From Acidimicrobiales bacterium (GTDB lineage: Bacteria > Actinomycetota > Acidimicrobiia > Acidimicrobiales > JABEUL01), in contig DAHXLF010000003.1 of NCBI GenBank assembly GCA_027371755.1, forward strand, positions 1 through 44,844: a stretch of DNA of 44,844 bases, in the 5' to 3' direction. Position numbers and translations under genes: made by a program. This document shows, one piece after another, positions 37,728 through 44,844 of this stretch (positions within the stretch are counted from its first letter, which is position 1; every line of letters starts with the position of its first letter). The notes beneath the pieces were generated by a model. That model ran no database searches and had not been told where the DNA came from. It saw only the letters and a list, made by a program, of their open reading frames with translations.

Positions 37728-38055
37728 TATTTCTATTTTTTATATCAAACTCAATTTTTCAAACTTGTATCCGATAGCGCCTGTAATTTAAGTTGACATC
37801 TTTTACGTTTCGACCATCATCTTTTGTAATGCTACGAATAACCATGAAATTAATGGGTCCGCGATTGCAATCTGACAATGTCTTGGCCGATTTGACCCTT
37901 GCTTTGTCCACCTGAAAAACATTGAGCGATGAAGCCTTTAAAATCAAATCATTACTGAAACGATCATGGCTTGTACCTAATATAACTTTATACTCAAAAT
38001 AGTTCATTTCTTAAAGTAACCGGTATTTATTTAAGATCGCTTCATTAAAATTAAA

Positions 38056-39429
38056 ATGATGTCAAAGAATGATTTATCTTCGGTCGTACAAACGCTCGTC
38101 TATGACATTTTTAAAAGAGAGCTGCCAATAAACCTGCATCTCTGGGATGGGTCCTCCATAATCTCCGACAGTGCCGTATGTACAATTAAAGTTAATTCTC
38201 CGAACGCATTCAGGCGGATTCTATATTCTCCGGGTGAGTTGGGTTTTGCGAGAGCATACGTAACCGGTGAATTGGAAATTGAAGGCAGTATTTTTAACCT
38301 ATTGGAATTGCGCAAAGCACTGGAAGATAAAGACGGTGATGTTAACTTCAATTTGGACTTTAGAACTAAATTAACCGTAGCTAAAACTCTGATAAAACTT
38401 AAAGCGCTGGGCTTGCCGCTTCAGCCGCCTGCCATCGAAATGAAACCCTCTAAGAGGATAACAAAAGTACTGCATTCCAAAGATCGAGATAGAGAAGATA
38501 TCTCATATCACTACGACATTTCAAATGAGTTCTATGAACTGGTATTGGGCAAGTCAATGGTATATTCTTGCGGATATTTCGGCAACGACTATAACCTAAA
38601 AGATGAAATTACCCTCGAACAGGCACAGTTAGATAAGTGTGATTTAATTTGCAGAAAATTGGAGTTATCCAAGGGACAAAAACTGTTAGACATCGGCTGC
38701 GGCTGGGGAACATTGTTGATCTATGCAGCTTTAACCTACGGGATCAGCGGAGTCGGCGTAACGCTTTCAAAAGAACAGTATGAATATGCAAACATGAGAA
38801 TTAAGTCACTGCATCTGGAGGACAGGCTTGAAGTGAGGCTCGTGGACTATCGAGACTTAAAGGGAGAAGAGTTTGATGCCATCAGTTCAGTGGGTATGTC
38901 AGAACACATCGGTAAAGCCGAACTGACCAACTATTTTAAAAAACTCCACTCTCTCCTTAAAGATGAGGGAAAGATATTAAATCATGCAATTTCAAGACCT
39001 TCTGACAACGGCAAAAAGCACGGTTTTACTGGAAAAAACTCATTTATAAATCGATACGTGTTCCCCGACGGCGAACTTGAAGAGGTTGGTTGCGTAATAA
39101 CTGCGATGCAAAATTCACACTTTGAAGTAAGAGATGTTGAATCTCTTCGTGAACACTACGCAAAGACTCTTCGTTGTTGGGTATCCAATTTAGAAAACGA
39201 TTACGAATCTGCCGAACAGTTGGCAGGCACATTAAGAGCCAGAGTCTGGAAACTATATATGGCCGCTTCGGCAGTTACATTTGAAGACAATAAAGTCTCC
39301 ATACATCAAATCTTGGCGGTAAAGACTCCCAAGTCAGGGATATCAAATTTTCCCTTGAGCAGATTGAAGTACTTGTTAAATATGACCACAACCCCGCCTG
39401 GTATAAAATCTCTTACATCTCCGGATTAG
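38056..39429 (+). CDS. cfa: cyclopropane-fatty-acyl-phospholipid synthase family methyltransferase
   Basis: GELGFARAYV.G, HYD.SNEFY, M.YSC.YF, LDIGCGWG, YVFPDGEL, HYA.TL..W. Confidence 0.92.
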   Translation: MMSKNDLSSVVQTLVYDIFKRELPINLHLWDGSSIISDSAVCTIKVNSPNAFRRILYSPGELGFARAYVTGELEIEGSIFNLLELRKALEDKDGDVNFNLDFRTKLTVAKTLIKLKALGLPLQPPAIEMKPSKRITKVLHSKDRDREDISYHYDISNEFYELVLGKSMVYSCGYFGNDYNLKDEITLEQAQLDKCDLICRKLELSKGQKLLDIGCGWGTLLIYAALTYGISGVGVTLSKEQYEYANMRIKSLHLEDRLEVRLVDYRDLKGEEFDAISSVGMSEHIGKAELTNYFKKLHSLLKDEGKILNHAISRPSDNGKKHGFTGKNSFINRYVFPDGELEEVGCVITAMQNSHFEVRDVESLREHYAKTLRCWVSNLENDYESAEQLAGTLRARVWKLYMAASAVTFEDNKVSIHQILAVKTPKSGISNFPLSRLKYLLNMTTTPPGIKSLTSPD

Positions 39430-39583
39430 GTCTGTGTCCTATTAACCAAAATAAACCTAGTTCCCTAGCATCCAAGTTCAACCCAATAGATTATTTTTAT
39501 CTTTTGAAAGTATTTTGACAAGAACCGTATTATGTTGTCAATTAAGCAAAATTCTTCTACGACTACAATTCAATATCGATAGA

Positions 39584-39612
39584 GAACTGATACAAACAAA
39601 TTGTATCAGTTC
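39584..39612. terminator. hairpin just past the ABC operon stop codon, probable terminator
   Basis: GAACTGATACAA-acaaa-TTGTATCAGTTC between convergent genes. Confidence 0.7.
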
Positions 39613-39616
39613 GACT

Positions 39617-41242
39617 TTAAGTCAATACCAACACGTCATCGGGATCAAAGTGTAAATAAAATTCACAATTTAGATTGTCTTCGGCCACTTCAAACGAGCT
39701 CAACTTTGCCTTGATAAGACGGCCACAATCAAATTCAAAATATCCGTAAAATTCTAATGACGATGTCTTAAAAGTTGATTCAAGTCGACCTTTTAAGATT
39801 ACTCCGTTAAAACTTTCGATTTTATGCTTTGAAACCGAAATTTTAGTTGGATGAACCGACCACAAAACTACGGCGTCGTTTCTGTGCGACGGTATCTTTA
39901 GGTCATGGCTGAGTACAATTTGATTGTCTGCTACGACTGATTCATTGAATGTCTCATAACCGCATATATGTGCCACGAGTAAGTCTTTAGGTGCCATTGC
40001 CAGATTATCAAAGGTATCCACCTGAACAACCTGAAGGTTTTCCACGACCCCTATTAGTTGAGATAGTCGTAAACCCTCATTTATGTCGTGGGTAACAAAT
40101 ATCCCAATGGCTTCCACGTGTTGCAAAATACTTTTAAGATCTTTTATTAAATTTGTTTTGGTTAAGACGTCCAAGTTTGCAAAAGGCTCGTCAAACAGTA
40201 CAAGCGCGGGTCGATTCGCAAGTGCCCTGTAAATTCCAAGCCTCTGTTTTTCGCCGCCGGAAAGTACGTCTGTTTTAGAGGTCAGTAACCTATCTAAACC
40301 CAAAGCTTTAATAAGATACAAATTGCTTTCGGTAAATTGTTTTGTGCAGAGATTTATTTCGTAATAGACAGTTTTATTTAATATCACAGGTGAAGACTGT
40401 GCGACATATCCTACTCGAATAAGATTCTCTTTGTCGTTATTTTCCAACCTACGTTGGTTTAATAAGTTGTCTTTTAGCACGCTCTTTAGCAAAGTGGTTT
40501 TTCCTGCGCCCGTAGGTCCAACTAAAGTCAAATATTTATGCGTAATTAATTCTTCATCCAAGTTAAATGACCCGAGTTGCGATAAATACTTTGAAACTTT
40601 AGAACTTATATTTTGACCGTCACTTGAATTGTCGAATTTTGAAGCATCTTGATTTGTGCCCAAACCGACGGGTTCGTTTTCCCCGTGAATATTGCCGCAG
40701 AAATTATTGGCAAAGGGGCTACTCTTATTGGCATTATTTAGATTTGAGATTTTATTTAATAGATTTTTTGATCCGTGACTTTTCTTTGACTTTAGGTAGG
40801 TTTGAGAAAAAATAAAGTATATTGCGATTGCTATGGCTCCTATCAATATGGAAAAGGTAATAGCAGAGTCTATGTTGTTCATACCTGTCGAAGAGAATCT
40901 TACATACAGCAACACTGGAAGCGAATAAGGATGGTATGAAACCAGTATGGTTGCCCCAAACTCTCCGAAGGCTCTTAACCAAGTTAAAATTAAACCACCC
41001 AACCAAATTTGACGAGTGGAAGGGAGAATTATTTTAGTCAAAAGCTTAAATTTTGAATATCCCTGAGTCTTATAAACGTCCAGCAAATCTCTGTTTACAC
41101 TTAGAAATGCACTTCTTAGTGCAATTGCCGAAAATGGCGTTGCTACAAAAATCTGAGCGAAGATAATCCCTATAAACGATTCTGTAAAGGAGATATTAAC
41201 ATGAGCTCCAATCAAACCATAGGGGCCGATGATTTTTAGCAA
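39617..41242 (-). CDS. molybdate/tungstate ABC permease (C-terminal part) fused to ATPase; distal part of a frameshifted modB-modC fusion
   Basis: Permease W.RAFGEFGAT; Walker A GPTGAGKTT, LSGGEKQR, FDEPF.NLD, VTHD. The frame continues upstream to about 41290 (PIGFPPLVSGLLLL). Confidence 0.85.
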   Translation of the reverse strand: MLKIIGPYGLIGAHVNISFTESFIGIIFAQIFVATPFSAIALRSAFLSVNRDLLDVYKTQGYSKFKLLTKIILPSTRQIWLGGLILTWLRAFGEFGATILVSYHPYSLPVLLYVRFSSTGMNNIDSAITFSILIGAIAIAIYFIFSQTYLKSKKSHGSKNLLNKISNLNNANKSSPFANNFCGNIHGENEPVGLGTNQDASKFDNSSDGQNISSKVSKYLSQLGSFNLDEELITHKYLTLVGPTGAGKTTLLKSVLKDNLLNQRRLENNDKENLIRVGYVAQSSPVILNKTVYYEINLCTKQFTESNLYLIKALGLDRLLTSKTDVLSGGEKQRLGIYRALANRPALVLFDEPFANLDVLTKTNLIKDLKSILQHVEAIGIFVTHDINEGLRLSQLIGVVENLQVVQVDTFDNLAMAPKDLLVAHICGYETFNESVVADNQIVLSHDLKIPSHRNDAVVLWSVHPTKISVSKHKIESFNGVILKGRLESTFKTSSLEFYGYFEFDCGRLIKAKLSSFEVAEDNLNCEFYLHFDPDDVLVLT

Positions 41243-41286
41243 CAGCAGCCCCGATACCAGTGGCGGAAAGCCAATGGGAACGGTAG

Positions 41287-41586
41287 TTAAAAAAAAACAC
41301 TTCTGCTGATTAATTTATGACGGGTCATCGAAATGAAATAGATTAGCGGCACAATGGTTACAAAGGTAACTGCCGTAGATATGGTCGATGCGGCAATTGA
41401 TATCTCAGTCGCTTTTACCAGCTGGGAATCACCAAAGTTTAAACGAACCGACGTTAACAAAAAATAGACGATCGGCAATCCCAAATAAACGGTTATCAGT
41501 CCCGCAAGCAATATTAAGACCGTCGTAGGGCTAAATATTGTAGAGCTAAGTGTTTTAGTTATTCTTACCGGCTTCAGTGTCTGCAT
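41287..41586 (-). pseudogene. N-terminal part of the ModB-like permease, ended by a frameshift at a T9 tract
   Basis: Two TM helices typical of the ModB N-terminus; GTT TTT TTT TAA at the homopolymer (41289-41297). Confidence 0.8.
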
Positions 41587-41597
41587 CTTGAAATTGT

Positions 41598-42497
41598 TTA
41601 AGCCTTGGACGAGGAAATGATCTTTAGGGTGGAAGCTGGAACATCTGCCCGGTTACCGGTAATTGCAAAAGATGTCGGAGTCTCGATACCGTTGGCATTA
41701 AAGACTTTCTGCGCAGCGGAACTAAGAAGGTAATTCATAAATGCCAAAGCACCTTGTTTGTTTGTCGAATTCGTTAAGATGCTGACCGTATATACCGCGC
41801 CATTTGACAAATTTGCCATTGATTGATACAAGATATGCTGATCGACAGCCTCGGAAAGATAGAAGAAACCGCCGTCCAACTGGCCGCTCTCCAAACGACC
41901 TACTAAATCCTGTTCGGGAAACACATTACCGCTACCAGTCACAATCGAATCTAAAGCCGGATCACCTACAAGACTCGCTTCTTTTTTAACCAAACTGACG
42001 GTTAATACCCCTTTGGGATCCAACACCGGATCGGTTCGGCCAACCCTGAAACCGGGCTCAGTCACCACCTTGTACCATGGTTTACTTTTTAATTGCGAAT
42101 AAAACTTGGAATTTGACGTATAGCCGAACACCAAAGGTGATGATCCGAAAATAATGTAGTAATCGATTCCTATGGGAGCCTTATTTAAAACAAGACTGTT
42201 TACTGAAGTACCAGCCGATATAAATATATCGGCTTTCAAGTCCTTTGATTCAATCTCATTGGCCAATAGAGAAGATCCTCCCGCATATCCTCTGAACTTA
42301 TATCCGGTTTGAGCGGTAAAACCTTTTGAGATCTGATTATCAAATAAATTTTCCAAAGAGGCGGCGTATGCAACATTTACCGCTGGCTTTGGAGTAACCT
42401 CCTGTTTTGAACCATTGTTACCACCTATCGAATTCGTCGAGCAAGCCGCAAGAGCAATAGATATACCGACCAAAATTATTAAAGTGTATTTTTTCAT
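41598..42497 (-). CDS. molybdate/tungstate-binding lipoprotein (WtpA-like ModA family)
   Basis: Lipobox LAAC; AASL; GGS..LA; GRTDP.LDP.G; PE..L...LESGQLD..F.Y.S.A. Confidence 0.88.
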   Translation of the reverse strand: MKKYTLIILVGISIALAACSTNSIGGNNGSKQEVTPKPAVNVAYAASLENLFDNQISKGFTAQTGYKFRGYAGGSSLLANEIESKDLKADIFISAGTSVNSLVLNKAPIGIDYYIIFGSSPLVFGYTSNSKFYSQLKSKPWYKVVTEPGFRVGRTDPVLDPKGVLTVSLVKKEASLVGDPALDSIVTGSGNVFPEQDLVGRLESGQLDGGFFYLSEAVDQHILYQSMANLSNGAVYTVSILTNSTNKQGALAFMNYLLSSAAQKVFNANGIETPTSFAITGNRADVPASTLKIISSSKA

Positions 42498-42892
42498 AAG
42501 TTATCCACCACCTCAACGGTTACGGCACTGGCTTTTACTGATGCCAATGCAATTTTCCCCTTTTCAAGCTTTAAATCCCTGACAGCTTCAGTGGTCATTA
42601 GCGAAACGATTCGATTCTTTCCCGAGGCCATATTGACTTGCGACATGATTTGGTCGCTTTTAACATCGGTCACCAAACCCAAGAACCTGTTGCGTGCGCT
42701 CAATTTGGGAAGGTTGACGGATTCAAAGGCCAAGTTAGAATTTAAAAACTCTGCCAAATCAAGCGGATCGACAGTTCGATGCCCGCCTGCGGTCCTCTCC
42801 TCTTTAAGGTAGCCTTCATTTATAAGTCTTCTGAGTCTTTCGACGCTGACTCCTAAGATATCAGCGGCAACACCGATTCGAATATTATCCAC
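42494..42892 (-). CDS. MerR-like HTH plus TOBE (molbindin) molybdate-responsive regulator
   Basis: IG.AA.ILGVS...LRR...RT.GGHR; SARN...G.V; VSLMT.EAV..L.L..G..A.A.VKAS. Confidence 0.9.
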   Translation of the reverse strand: MDNIRIGVAADILGVSVERLRRLINEGYLKEERTAGGHRTVDPLDLAEFLNSNLAFESVNLPKLSARNRFLGLVTDVKSDQIMSQVNMASGKNRIVSLMTTEAVRDLKLEKGKIALASVKASAVTVEVVDNL

Positions 42893-42899
42893 AAATTAC

Positions 42900-42928
42900 A
42901 GTATAACTCGTTTTTAATAGTTTTGGAA
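42900..42928 (-). promoter_or_regulatory. leaderless promoter of the molybdate operon
   Basis: TTCCAA-17-TATACT-7 nt-GTG. Confidence 0.5.
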
Positions 42929-42947
42929 GCAATAAATCTAATTTTTG

Positions 42948-43988
42948 CTAGATTTTTTTTAACTCACCAATTATGTAACTTGCTTGACCTACAGATTCCA
43001 GAAAACTTATAACCGAATTCACGAATGAATTTTTGACCACAAGGATCATCCCGATTCCGTTGTTAAATACCAAATCCATTTCGGTTTCATCGACATTGCC
43101 CAATTTTTGCAACATATCAAATATCGGCGGTTTTTCCCAACTTCCTGCGTCAATAACGGGTTTAAGGTGTTCTGGAAGCACCCGCTGCAAATTGTTCATC
43201 ATCCCGCCTCCCGTTATATGCGCAATGGCGGTTACGGCGTCAAAATGACTTTCAAGCAGTAAGGATATCTTTCGGGCATATATAACCGACGGTTCAAGAA
43301 GTAGATCAACAACCGTAGGCGAATCAAGACCTAAAGGGCGATCTTCCAATTTCAAACCGGCCGCCTCAAATACAATTTTGCGAGCCAATGAGAATCCATT
43401 GGATCTCAGATTATACGACGGCAAGCCTACCAAAATATTGTCCGAGCCTACCATCGACTTGTCCAAAATTTTGTCTTGGTCTACGATGCCGACAGCAAAA
43501 CCGGCCAAATCGAATTCAAAGACGTCATCTGAGCGCGGGTGCTCGGCCATCTCACCACCGATTAATGAACAGGCGGCTTCGTTGCATCCTTTGACGATGC
43601 CCGACACCACATCTTTGATCATCAGTGGATCCAATTTAGAGATTGACACGTAATCGAGCATATAGGCTGGAGTTGCTCCGCAGCAAACCAAATCGTCTAC
43701 ACACATAGCAACTAAATCAATTCCGATGGTATCAAATCTTTTGGCCATTGACGCAAGGTAAGCTTTAGTTCCCACGCCATCGGTTGTCGAAACTAAAACA
43801 GGACTTTTGTAACGATCAAGCGGAACTTTGTACATTCCGCCGAAACCACCAAGTTGACTTATGACATCGGAACTGTATGTTGATTTTGCTAAATCTTTAA
43901 TCAACTCAACGGCATGCTCGCCGCTTCGGATATCAACTCCGGAATCTTTATAACTTAAAAAATGATTGACGGGAAGATCAGTCAACAC
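42948..43988 (-). CDS. purM: phosphoribosylformylglycinamidine cyclo-ligase (AIR synthetase)
   Basis: Y...GVDI, GGFGG, TDGVGTK, DLVAMCVDD, GGE.AEHP, AHITGGG, FN.GIG. Confidence 0.97.
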   Translation of the reverse strand: MLTDLPVNHFLSYKDSGVDIRSGEHAVELIKDLAKSTYSSDVISQLGGFGGMYKVPLDRYKSPVLVSTTDGVGTKAYLASMAKRFDTIGIDLVAMCVDDLVCCGATPAYMLDYVSISKLDPLMIKDVVSGIVKGCNEAACSLIGGEMAEHPRSDDVFEFDLAGFAVGIVDQDKILDKSMVGSDNILVGLPSYNLRSNGFSLARKIVFEAAGLKLEDRPLGLDSPTVVDLLLEPSVIYARKISLLLESHFDAVTAIAHITGGGMMNNLQRVLPEHLKPVIDAGSWEKPPIFDMLQKLGNVDETEMDLVFNNGIGMILVVKNSFVNSVISFLESVGQASYIIGELKKI

Positions 43989-43994
43989 TACTCC

Positions 43995-44771
43995 TCAGAG
44001 CTTTTCAAATAATTTTGCATCTGATATGGTAGCCGGCATTTTGACTACGGTTTTCACGTCAGTCGGAACGGCGGAAGGATAGCTTCCCGTTAAACAGCCA
44101 TTACAAAATTCCTTGCCTTGAGCATTGATGGCCTCAATTAACGATTTCAACGATAAGAATCCGACACTGTCGGCTCCAATTATTGAAGCTATCTCATCTA
44201 TTTCGACATTTGCTGCCAAAAGCTCGTCTTTAGTCGGAATATCTATACCATAGAAACACGGCCATTTAAAAGGCGGTGAAGAAAACCTCATATGCACCTC
44301 TTTAGCTCCCGCTTCACGAAGCATCTTTATCAATGCAGAAGAAGTTGTGCCTCTGACAAATGAATCATCCACTACTATCAATCTTTTTCCCACAATGTTC
44401 TCTTTAAGAGGTGTCAGCTTTCGTCGAACATTTTTATATCTCTGCTCTTGAGTCGGATATATAAAAGTTCTTCCGATGTAACGGTTTTTAACCAAACCTT
44501 GTCCGTATGGTATCCCCGAATGCTTTGAATATCCCTCTGCGGCGGGAATTCCCGAATCGGGAACCCCCATTACCATGTCAGCGTCAACTCCGTGCTCTAT
44601 TGCCAGAAGTTCTCCCATTCGTCTTCTTGTGCCGTGCACTTCTCTGTTATACAAAATTGAATCGGGTCTCGAAAAATAGACAAATTCAAATATGCATAAC
44701 TTTTCTTTGGGTTCAACAATAAACGGAAAGTAGCTTTTTGTGCCGGTCTCATCAACTACGATCAATTCTCC
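43995..44771 (-). CDS. purF: amidophosphoribosyltransferase, C-terminal part only (N-terminus missing at a junction)
   Basis: CIFEFVYFSRPDS, VPDSG, KNRYIGRTFI, VVDDS.VRGTT, PCFYGID, C.GC..G.YP. Confidence 0.95.
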   Translation of the reverse strand, partial: GELIVVDETGTKSYFPFIVEPKEKLCIFEFVYFSRPDSILYNREVHGTRRRMGELLAIEHGVDADMVMGVPDSGIPAAEGYSKHSGIPYGQGLVKNRYIGRTFIYPTQEQRYKNVRRKLTPLKENIVGKRLIVVDDSFVRGTTSSALIKMLREAGAKEVHMRFSSPPFKWPCFYGIDIPTKDELLAANVEIDEIASIIGADSVGFLSLKSLIEAINAQGKEFCNGCLTGSYPSAVPTDVKTVVKMPATISDAKLFEKL

Positions 44772-44844
44772 GGAATCTTTATAACTTAAAAAATGATTGA
44801 CGGGAAGATCAGTCAACACTACTCCTCAGAGCTTTTCAAATAAT
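44768..44844. repeat. exact 77-bp direct duplicate of 43937-44013 at the window end
   Basis: CTCCGGAATCTTTATAAC...CTTTTCAAATAAT occurs twice, 831 bp apart. Confidence 0.95.

Noticed and set aside
37759-38007. 82-aa ORF downstream of tRNA-Phe
   Set aside because: No recognisable domain or RBS and not integrase-like; cannot be supported.
7689-42893. Three perfect DnaA boxes TTATCCACA (7689, 9844, 42885) suggesting oriC
   Set aside because: Widely scattered, two overlap coding sequence, and there is no dnaA/dnaN or box cluster.
43995-44819. 274-aa ORF as a genuine PurM-PurF fusion protein
   Set aside because: Its first 16 codons come from the terminal 77-bp duplicate, and the PurF glutaminase domain is missing.

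Overview
AT-rich bacterial chromosomal segment whose gene content points to Actinomycetota, probably Acidimicrobiia-like (CofC-like fragment, PIG-L/MshB-type deacetylase, PafB/PafC-type WYL pair, MMPL, PaaX, tRNA-Asp/tRNA-Phe, many apparently leaderless genes). Most of it is housekeeping: fatty-acid catabolism, a two-component system, a molybdate/tungstate ABC operon and purM/purF. The left 27 kb is rich in DNA-handling genes with no integrase, transposase or T4SS: HU, a compact helicase-less MobF relaxase directly downstream of the pafBC-like pair, PilT and PilD, a SRAP protein, an AddAB/AdnAB-type helicase-nuclease, an orphan ArdC-like protein, and a small Cys-rich protein with two beta-clamp-like motifs. 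The best candidates for new biology are the pafBC-relaxase-HU arrangement (possibly a domesticated relaxase) and the small dual clamp-motif protein. Both window ends look suspect: cofC lacks its N-terminus, and the last 77 bp exactly duplicate 43937-44013. The modB-modC fusion is split by an A9/T9 homopolymer frameshift. All calls come from motif recognition by eye; no searches were run.
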